This document shows positions 8,205 to 15,321 of a DNA stretch of 15,492 bases, one piece after another. Below the pieces are notes generated by a model. It was not told where the DNA came from, did not search any database, and saw only the letters and a list, made by a program, of their open reading frames with translations. This DNA is from Candidatus Hermodarchaeota archaeon. GTDB taxonomy: Archaea > Asgardarchaeota > Thorarchaeia > Thorarchaeales > Thorarchaeaceae. The position numbers were made by a program, and so were the translations under genes. Each line of letters begins with the position of its first letter. The first letter of the stretch is position 1. The DNA lies in the NCBI GenBank assembly GCA_048885865.1, contig JBHLLF010000054.1:1-15492 (forward strand), written 5' to 3'.

Positions 8205-8227
8205 TTCAAATCTCGCCCGGTCCACCA
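8205..8227 (+). repeat. R7: tRNA-Ala 3'-end repeat, exact consensus
   Basis: (gcga)ttcaaatctcgcccggtccacca followed by cttctttcttct. Confidence 0.95.
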
Positions 8228-8391
8228 CTTCTTTCTTCTAATCCATCATCATATGGTTGCCATTCCACTTTCTCAATGATATTTGTCTCAAACCCAATCG
8301 CATAGCCATTCAAAGCAGCAATTGAGGCGTCCTGAAATTCACAATCCTAATATCGGGGGGCAGTAGTCAGATTGGACAGGAGATTGGGCCT

Positions 8392-11016
8392 ATGAGGATT
8401 AGAGTATTCGCTTTCATGATTTTATTATGTGCTTTGATTTCGTTTCCAATTACGGGGTATGCTGATGAGGTGCCTGCTGAATTGAGATTTGATGATGTTG
8501 CGTCAGGACCTTATGTGGACAAGTTGGTCTATAGAACAATTTCATCAGAAAGCAGTCGCGTTCAGGCTCTACTGGATAACGAGATTGACATTCTGGATGG
8601 CCCAATTGATTTCTCCTATATCTCGACTTTGAATTCATCACCTGAGGTCGAGTTGTCTTCTATTCTCAGAAATGGGTATGGGGTATACACAATTAATTGC
8701 GCCAAATACCCGCTGAGTATCTCTTCACTTAGGAGAGCCTTTGCATTAGCGCTTGACAAAGAACGAATTTCTACGGAAGTCTTAGGCGGAAAATCAGTTC
8801 TTCATGACTCCTTAGTACCGCTCGTAAATCCCTTCTGTGCTGAGAATTCGTTGCCAGGCGATTACTATTCGAATTACACAAATGAAGCGAATCAACTCCT
8901 TGATGCTGCGGGATTCTTAGACATCAATGCTGATGGATTCCGAGAAGCACCAGACGGGACGACGTTCCAGATTACCATTGAATATGGTGTCACCCAGCCT
9001 CGGGCCGATTCAATTGCAGTACTTGCAGCAGATGCGTTATCAGCGATAAGCATCAATGTTGATATTTCGCCTGGAGATTCCTATGAGATCCTTTACCGAC
9101 TCTACAGTCATGGGGATTTTGATGTTATTTTCGGGGGTCGCAATTTCTATGACTTTGGCCTTCAGTGGTTGGAGAAGTACTACGATTCCTCCCATAACCA
9201 TCCAGGCGAGAATCCCTCTAACTATATCAACGCCACATTAGATGCCTACATGGATATTTTACTAACTAGCACCAGCTATATGGAAATCTACGATGCTGCG
9301 GAAGAGATACAGAAGATACTCTTCGAGGATAGCCCTGAGATTGTCCTGTATGAGGAATTTTCCTACTCTGCCTATAGAAAGGACCGCTTCGAAGGTCACG
9401 TGGTTGATATTATCAATAATGTCGAAAATGAATGGACAAATCTCAATGTACACCTCACGCCTATAGATGGTGGCCCGTTTACAGGAACTCTTAGAATCGG
9501 CATGAGTGTCTTTCCGAGTACACTCAACCCAATGTTGGCGACCCATTATAGCAACATGGTACTTGACAATCTATTCGCACGTCTTATCAAAATAGGGCCA
9601 GATGGAGAATTCAGGACAGATCTAGCCGGAACCTATCTGGTGGAAACTCATGCAGACAATGCTTCAGTACCAGCAGGCTATATGCGATTTACATTTGATA
9701 TTCTGAGTAATGGATCCTGGAGTGATGGGACTTCTGTAACAGCTGACGATGTAGCCTACTCGTTCAATTATTACATGAATGCTGGTGGAGGGCAATTGGC
9801 TGGGTATCTTGAAGACATGACACTTGCCACTGCTCCAAATTCAAGCCGAGTCATAGTTGAGTTCGACATTGAGTCATACTGGCATCTCTACAGTCTCGCA
9901 AACTTGCCCATCCTTCCACGGTCTATTTTGGAGAGCCTCGGGCCAACAGGATGGAGTTCTTGGGACCCAGTTTTCACCGACCCCTTCCTAACATGCGGTC
10001 CTTTCATTCCAACAGCCTATTCCTTAGACAACTACGTGGAGCTATCTCAAACTACACTCTACCATCATAGAGTCCGAGGCACTGGATCGGCATTACCTTT
10101 TGTGTCAGGGCCTACTGATATGACAGTCATAAACGGGACCACAGGAAGTTCAATTGGCTGGAGCATATCTGATGATAATGCATTGGCTTATTGTATTTCG
10201 AAAAATGGAACTGCAATTGCGGGTGAATATTATGACGCTTCCACCGTTGACCTGGACCTTGATACCTATCTCACTGAATATGGCGTCCACAATTTCACTA
10301 TTCGAGTCCAAGATTGGGATGCTCAGATTAGTATTGATACTGTCCTTGTCGAGTTCTTACCGGACACATTTGCCCCTGATGTGGCAGGACCTGATGACTT
10401 CCTCACCTTTGATGTGTTCACCAGCGGAACTCTGATTAGCTGGACGGTCTTCGATCATAATCCTGCCAGCTATAGTATCCTACTTGATGGCATAGTTGTC
10501 GCGTCTGAAGACTGGACGAGTGCGATGATTTCGATAAGTCATGATATTGGAGTACTAAGTGATGGAGAATATAATTTCACAATCTATCTGGTTGATGACA
10601 AAGGTTACAGCTCAACCGACACTGTGATTGTGACAGTGGTTTCAGATGAAGTTCCACCTGTGATTGACTCGCCGGATGACGTAGTCATGAATTTTGGTGA
10701 ACTGGACCAAACGATACAGTGGAATGCAACTGACTTGTACCCGTATACCTTCACAATATACCTGAACTCTATCGTAAATGTCACAGGTACTTGGGAATCA
10801 GGCGTGTCAATCATCTTCAGTCTTGATGGACTTGAAGCTGGTTCCAACAATGTGACCATTGAGATACGAGATAGTGTGAGCAATGCAGTCACGGATACAG
10901 TGAATGTACTTGTACATCCTCCAGGGTATATACCTCCCGAGGTGCTGTTCTTGACGATTGCAGGGGCCTCAGCGGTTGTTGTGATTGTTGTGATAATACT
11001 CAAGGTTCGGAAATGA
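8392..11016 (+). CDS. ABC transporter substrate-binding protein, family 5 (OppA/DppA-like), with three C-terminal Ig-like repeats and a C-terminal TM anchor
   Basis: Signal peptide; LRRAFALALDKERI, ANQLLDAAGF, GTLRIG...STLNP and WSDGTSVTADDVAYSF; three approximately 93-aa repeats; terminal hydrophobic helix followed by KVRK. A GGAG precedes the ATG. Confidence 0.9.
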   Translation: MRIRVFAFMILLCALISFPITGYADEVPAELRFDDVASGPYVDKLVYRTISSESSRVQALLDNEIDILDGPIDFSYISTLNSSPEVELSSILRNGYGVYTINCAKYPLSISSLRRAFALALDKERISTEVLGGKSVLHDSLVPLVNPFCAENSLPGDYYSNYTNEANQLLDAAGFLDINADGFREAPDGTTFQITIEYGVTQPRADSIAVLAADALSAISINVDISPGDSYEILYRLYSHGDFDVIFGGRNFYDFGLQWLEKYYDSSHNHPGENPSNYINATLDAYMDILLTSTSYMEIYDAAEEIQKILFEDSPEIVLYEEFSYSAYRKDRFEGHVVDIINNVENEWTNLNVHLTPIDGGPFTGTLRIGMSVFPSTLNPMLATHYSNMVLDNLFARLIKIGPDGEFRTDLAGTYLVETHADNASVPAGYMRFTFDILSNGSWSDGTSVTADDVAYSFNYYMNAGGGQLAGYLEDMTLATAPNSSRVIVEFDIESYWHLYSLANLPILPRSILESLGPTGWSSWDPVFTDPFLTCGPFIPTAYSLDNYVELSQTTLYHHRVRGTGSALPFVSGPTDMTVINGTTGSSIGWSISDDNALAYCISKNGTAIAGEYYDASTVDLDLDTYLTEYGVHNFTIRVQDWDAQISIDTVLVEFLPDTFAPDVAGPDDFLTFDVFTSGTLISWTVFDHNPASYSILLDGIVVASEDWTSAMISISHDIGVLSDGEYNFTIYLVDDKGYSSTDTVIVTVVSDEVPPVIDSPDDVVMNFGELDQTIQWNATDLYPYTFTIYLNSIVNVTGTWESGVSIIFSLDGLEAGSNNVTIEIRDSVSNAVTDTVNVLVHPPGYIPPEVLFLTIAGASAVVVIVVIILKVRK

Positions 11017-11052
11017 ACTAGCTAAACAGAGGAATGCTTCCTCGTGGTGGTC

Positions 11053-11075
11053 CCCTGTTCTCGTCAAGTCCACCA
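11053..11075 (+). repeat. R8: decayed tRNA-Ala 3'-end repeat
   Basis: tctcgTcAAgtccacca at 11059-11075 matches 14/17 of the 3' part of the consensus; the T-loop part is lost. The 23-bp-equivalent span begins 36 bp after the SBP stop, where a unit boundary is expected. Confidence 0.6.
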
Positions 11076-11379
11076 TCTCAATTCATTCGAATGGATTGAA
11101 CATGCCATGACTCTTCATCAGAGCCTTGCGCTTGAATGCCATTAACCAAGAATATGACCGGATATCCCTTGTAAGATGCATCCATGGAAGCAGTTTCAGA
11201 TTCCGAATATGTGTTCAAGATGCATCATTTTAGAGGCAAAATCTCAATTCCACACCAAGTTCTTCGGTTTTTGGCTCCATTTGTAGATTTACAGTTGATT
11301 TCGGACCCATTGAGTTTGCGCAGATAGATATTCTATCTGAGTGACTCATGCAATATTGAAGAGACCCTGAGGAAGATAG

Positions 11380-12927
11380 ATGATGAGAACCACGCGACAA
11401 ACGAGAGCAATCCTGGTAATGAGTTTGGCCTTCCTCTTGCCGCTTACAATAATCAGTGTCTTCTATTATCGTCCGCTTTTTGCACCGGTATACTTGGAGC
11501 CATCCGACTCGATTGATGATTTCGTTGAACAATTGGACGCAAAAATCTCTGGATTGCTAGAAACAAATACTGTCCCTGGAGCTGCCATTGCTGTCATTTC
11601 AAATAATCAGACCAATATCATCACAGCTGGTAGGTCAAACCTGTTTGCAAGCGAGCCGCTTACACCGCACCATATTTTTCAAATTGCATCCATGTCCAAG
11701 AGCCAGTGTGCACTTGCGATTATGAAATTGGTGCAAGATGGATTGATTCTACTTGATGCGCCCGTAGAGTGGTATCTGACAAGATGGTCATTTCCGGATT
11801 CTCAATACAACACCTCAGGTGTGACAGTTCGAAGAATACTATGCCATGCAGCTGGTATTTCCTTAGAGGGAGTTTCAGGAGGGTTCAGCCCGGATGATGT
11901 GTATACAATTGAGGACGCATTGACTGAATCAGGAGTGAGTTTGATCTACGAGCCGGGGAGTGTCTTCTCATACTCCGGCGGTGGATATGGAATTCTGCAA
12001 TTGCTCATAGAAGAAGTCAGTGGAATGAGCTACGACGAGTATCTACAATCACAAGTATTTGAACCTCTGAATATGTCAGATACTACAACTGGTTGGGATT
12101 CCTCTATTGAGCATCATCTTGCTGTGGGATACAGTAACATGCTTCTGCCAATTATTCGAACCTATCCTGTAATGAAGGCTGCAGCTGCGCACTACTCAAG
12201 TATCGAAGACATGGCAAAATGGGTGAACCATCTTCTTGTCGGCCAGCCAGTCGTTAATACAACAAATATGCTAGCGATGTACACACCACAATGGGGTGAA
12301 TCGTGGGGTTGGACTCTGGGCTTCAACTACAAGATGCTTAGCAATGGGATACTCACATTAGGTCACGGTGGTGATAATTGGGGGTATCATGGTGCATATC
12401 GTTTCGCACCCGAAGATGGAGAGGCGATTATAGTTCTAACAAATGGTGATCGAGGGGCCGCATTTGTAACAGAGTTGCTGCATCATTGGGAAACTGTTAT
12501 TGAAGGAGGCGATCTGGAAATCCTGTGGGAAGAACAGAATCAAGCCTATGGACAGACATTCCTCTATGAGATCATTACAGTAGTCGGCTTTCTGACTCTG
12601 TTGCTGCTTGCCTGGAAGAGAGGCTTCATTGTTTTCTCTCGAAATGTAGAACAGAAGAGGGTTGGAGAAAGGAGATGGTTCAGAAGAATTGTATCAGTCA
12701 TATGCGTTTTGGCGATTATTATGTTCTTCATTTATTGGGGATATACACCTTTGAGTCCCATATCTTATGGACCCATTAGCTATGTCTGGACTATTATTGC
12801 GCCTCTCACTTGGCTGACTTGGACATCAGTGGCTTTCCAGCAATTCGATTTGGTTTCGGAAAAGACTCCATCTGAAGACATCGTAGAACATCGGATCTCG
12901 CCCGGTCCACCAATTAGAGGAGCATAA
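11380..12927 (+). CDS. Serine hydrolase, beta-lactamase class C/AmpC-like family, membrane-anchored at both ends
   Basis: FQIASMSK (SxxK), TVRRILCHAAG, PGSVFSYSGGGY (catalytic Tyr), VFEPLNMSDT, GHGG and IIVLTNG. One N-terminal TM and about 3 C-terminal TMs. The last codons include R9. Confidence 0.92.
   Translation: MMRTTRQTRAILVMSLAFLLPLTIISVFYYRPLFAPVYLEPSDSIDDFVEQLDAKISGLLETNTVPGAAIAVISNNQTNIITAGRSNLFASEPLTPHHIFQIASMSKSQCALAIMKLVQDGLILLDAPVEWYLTRWSFPDSQYNTSGVTVRRILCHAAGISLEGVSGGFSPDDVYTIEDALTESGVSLIYEPGSVFSYSGGGYGILQLLIEEVSGMSYDEYLQSQVFEPLNMSDTTTGWDSSIEHHLAVGYSNMLLPIIRTYPVMKAAAAHYSSIEDMAKWVNHLLVGQPVVNTTNMLAMYTPQWGESWGWTLGFNYKMLSNGILTLGHGGDNWGYHGAYRFAPEDGEAIIVLTNGDRGAAFVTELLHHWETVIEGGDLEILWEEQNQAYGQTFLYEIITVVGFLTLLLLAWKRGFIVFSRNVEQKRVGERRWFRRIVSVICVLAIIMFFIYWGYTPLSPISYGPISYVWTIIAPLTWLTWTSVAFQQFDLVSEKTPSEDIVEHRISPGPPIRGA
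12890..12912 (+). repeat. R9: tRNA-Ala 3'-end repeat, 3 mismatches, inside the 3' end of a CDS
   Basis: AtcGGatctcgcccggtccacca; the last 18 bp are exact and encode ISPGPP in the serine hydrolase tail. Confidence 0.9.
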
Positions 12928-12985
12928 TACATTGAAGTTGGGTGTTCAGTTTCATCCTATTTCCTTCACAGAGTCATCAGAGCTG

Positions 12986-13465
12986 CTACTCCTCCATCGG
13001 CTCCGAGTTTTGCAAAGCTAGATGTCTGCAAACAATACCGTTAGGAATTGATGTTATCGCAATTGAGAGACCAAGCGTCACAATCAAGGCATCAACGATA
13101 CTAGGAAAGAGTCCACCATAAAGTACGCTAGCAATCAATGCTGTTGATATTGCAACTGGTATTTGAATGAGGCAGAGGACAAAGAAGAGGAGTGCTCCAT
13201 TTCCCAGAAGGACTTGCCAGGTTTGGCCAACGGGCGTGGCCCATAGATGATTGGCAATTGCATGATTGACTGCCCCAATGGCGATGAATATTCCTAGGAA
13301 TATGTAGACAATGACGAACAGAACAATAAGTGGCTCTAGGGTGAGCGGGCGACGGTCATAGCTCAATATCCAGTCAACTAGAAACACAAAGGGGATATAT
13401 CCACCCATCAATAGTGAGTAGAAAACCCCGCCAATGAAGTACTTGTACATAATTTCAAGCTTCAT
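12986..13465 (-). CDS. Hypothetical membrane protein (about 4 TM)
   Basis: 159 aa, ATG preceded by GGAGG on the minus strand, with hydrophobic helices. It is the only complete gene between R9 and R10. Confidence 0.8.
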   Translation of the reverse strand: MKLEIMYKYFIGGVFYSLLMGGYIPFVFLVDWILSYDRRPLTLEPLIVLFVIVYIFLGIFIAIGAVNHAIANHLWATPVGQTWQVLLGNGALLFFVLCLIQIPVAISTALIASVLYGGLFPSIVDALIVTLGLSIAITSIPNGIVCRHLALQNSEPMEE

Positions 13466-13594
13466 TCTGCTTCCTCCTTTGCTTCATTCCTATTCACCAT
13501 AAGGTAGCATGTAAATCGGGTAGTCTTCGCCTCAACTAGGCCAGGTCAATGTGCGTTAAAGAATATCAGATTTTCTGAGCGAGTACTACGCCAG

Positions 13595-13617
13595 TTCAAA
13601 TCTCGCCCGGTCCACCG
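13595..13617 (+). repeat. R10: tRNA-Ala 3'-end repeat, 1 mismatch
   Basis: (g)ttcaaatctcgcccggtccaccG. Confidence 0.95.
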
Positions 13618-13638
13618 CCTATTGTACGATGCTTAAGA

Positions 13639-14631
13639 TCACAATTTCGGAACAATTCGTTCCTTCAGAATCCTGATAGTATCCAATCCATTCTCGCGTA
13701 GGTTTCCAATGAATGGTAGACAGATAGTCACTAACTCAACTTTATCCTTGTATTCTGATAACTTCTCAATCACTACTTCAGGTGGTCCGGCGATTTCTCT
13801 GGTAAGGGCAGCTTCTAGCCACTCTTGCTTCATAGACTCAGTCATTATTTTCTCCAGCCACTCCTGCTTCAAAACAGCCTGCTTCCTCTGTTCATAATCC
13901 TCCTCATCTTCACCGATGACAACCGCAGTTTTACTCACTGACCATCGAATCTCTTGAAAGTCACGCCCTACCTTATCGCACGCAGCTTCAACACGCTTCA
14001 TTTTTTGGGCATATTCAGTTGGCGTTTTACCCTCAAAATCCACTCCATCTCCATATCTAGCTGCAGTTTCTTCCATCATGGGTGCTTCCAAAGTCAAAGT
14101 TCCAATCCAAATTGGGACTCTCGGCCTCTGCATCGGTTTTGGCAGAAACATGGAGTCTTTAATTCTGTAAAACTTGCCATCGAAGCTAGGTCGCTCCTCA
14201 GTCCAAAGGAGTCTGATTATTTGAAGCGCCTCTCTAAGCTGTAGTATTCTTGTCTTAGAAGAAGGAAATGCATAACCATATGCCTCGTACTCCGCTGCTT
14301 TATGTCCGGCCCCAATTCCCAAATCCACTCTTCCGTTGGATGCATTATCTAGATTTGCGACAATTTTCGCAAGAAGTGCTGGATTCCTGTAAGACTGCGA
14401 AGTCACTTGCGTGCCCAGAATAATACGCTCGGTCTGTGGTGTAAGTAATGCAATAGTTGTCCAAGCCTCATAGCAAGGAATCTCTGTCCCTTTTGGATAT
14501 CCAAAGAAATGGTCCGAAATTGAGAATCTGTAGAAGCCTGCATCTTCTGCCGCTTTAGCCAGTACTACAATGTCCTCATAGGAATATCCCGCCTGCGGTT
14601 CAATATGGATACACAGTTTCATTACAGTCAC
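13639..14631 (-). CDS. LLM-class (luciferase-like) oxidoreductase, probably F420-dependent
   Basis: AKAAEDAGF...SDHF, YEAWTT, YRNPALLAKIVANLDNASNGRVDLGIGAG, SFDGKFY and PKPMQRPRVPIWIG. F420 dependence is inferred from the subfamily motifs. Confidence 0.93.
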   Translation of the reverse strand: MTVMKLCIHIEPQAGYSYEDIVVLAKAAEDAGFYRFSISDHFFGYPKGTEIPCYEAWTTIALLTPQTERIILGTQVTSQSYRNPALLAKIVANLDNASNGRVDLGIGAGHKAAEYEAYGYAFPSSKTRILQLREALQIIRLLWTEERPSFDGKFYRIKDSMFLPKPMQRPRVPIWIGTLTLEAPMMEETAARYGDGVDFEGKTPTEYAQKMKRVEAACDKVGRDFQEIRWSVSKTAVVIGEDEEDYEQRKQAVLKQEWLEKIMTESMKQEWLEAALTREIAGPPEVVIEKLSEYKDKVELVTICLPFIGNLRENGLDTIRILKERIVPKL

Positions 14632-14732
14632 CAGACAATTCAGTTCTCATATTGATTGAATCATTTGCATTCATGAGAAACCTTTCTCTCTCCTATTAAC
14701 AGGAAACATCAAAGCAAGCGCCAATTTTCCTG

Positions 14733-15236
14733 TCATTGAGGCCGCTTATATCTAAACCATAAGAGGAGGAGTATTCCAAACGCCAACATTATTGGGATTG
14801 GGATATATAGAGGCACCAAAGGATCACCATCTCCTGGCCAGTCAACCAAGAATACCAAAGGAGCTGATACAAGTACTGGCTGGATTTCTGCTAGGATTCC
14901 TACCAAGAGCGTCCTCCGTGGAGATGTCTTGCCAGCATACAATCTAGCCAGCATTACTGCGAAGATAAGCCTCAGAAGTGTGTAAGGAAGAGTGTCAAGA
15001 GGATTCCAGATTCTGAATCCTGAATACCAGCTGGACTCGATGTAATCCCAAATTATAGCTCTGATGGAATCTGGACCAGGACCCAGATCAACACGATATG
15101 CAAATGGCAGAAGAACGGAAAATGCCAGCATGACTGCAGCCGCAAAAGCAAAGTGCATATTATTCTCGGATTGTGATGAGTCCACCTCTTCCACGCTCAT
15201 TCGGTTGTCTAGGAATTTGTTTTCACTCTTAGTCAT
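14733..15236 (-). CDS. Hypothetical membrane protein
   Basis: 167 aa, ATG start, about 4 hydrophobic segments, ending PIPIMLAFGILLLLWFRYKRPQ. Confidence 0.75.
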   Translation of the reverse strand: MTKSENKFLDNRMSVEEVDSSQSENNMHFAFAAAVMLAFSVLLPFAYRVDLGPGPDSIRAIIWDYIESSWYSGFRIWNPLDTLPYTLLRLIFAVMLARLYAGKTSPRRTLLVGILAEIQPVLVSAPLVFLVDWPGDGDPLVPLYIPIPIMLAFGILLLLWFRYKRPQ

Positions 15237-15298
15237 TATTATTTGAGCAGAGTTTTACCTGGTCCAGCATCCTTTTTGCTCAACCGTAGAACATCAGT

Positions 15299-15321
15299 TT
15301 AAAATCTCGCCCGGACCACCA
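15299..15321 (+). repeat. R11: tRNA-Ala 3'-end repeat, 2 mismatches
   Basis: ttAaaatctcgcccggAccacca followed by gttctatttctt. Confidence 0.92.

Larger units (their letters stand above)
135..15321 (+). mobile_element. Tandem array of small gene cassettes delimited by tRNA-Ala 3'-end (att-like) direct repeats; probably extends beyond the window
   Basis: Eleven co-oriented copies of a 23-bp tRNA 3'-end motif at or near gene boundaries, with repeat-to-repeat distances of 1501, 628, 2046, 872, 1078, 1945, 2848, 1837, 705 and 1704 bp. Cargo genes are unrelated and there is no recombinase in the window. The repeats are seen directly; mobility is inferred. Confidence 0.75.

Noticed and set aside
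11380-12927. Calling the serine hydrolase an antibiotic-resistance beta-lactamase (ampC), or the flavodoxin hemG
   Set aside because: Family motifs alone do not establish substrate or orthology, so no gene symbols were assigned.
14699-14733. Possible decayed repeat between the LLM gene and the 14733-15236 gene; also an 8-bp inverted repeat acaggaaa/tttcctgt
   Set aside because: Only 10/23 identity to the consensus at 14708-14730, and the GTCCACCA end is absent. The hairpin has a 19-nt loop and no clear function.
97-15246. Short alternative ORFs in the track (e.g. 97-282, 1203-1586, 4571-4936, 7064-7381, 8093-8305, 10605-11003, 11230-11532, 13954-14244)
   Set aside because: They are antisense or out-of-frame shadows of well-supported genes, with no recognisable motifs.
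135-15321. CRISPR array interpretation of the 23-bp direct repeats
   Set aside because: The intervening segments are 0.6-2.8 kb, variable in length and contain whole genes. The repeat is a tRNA 3' end, and no cas genes are present.
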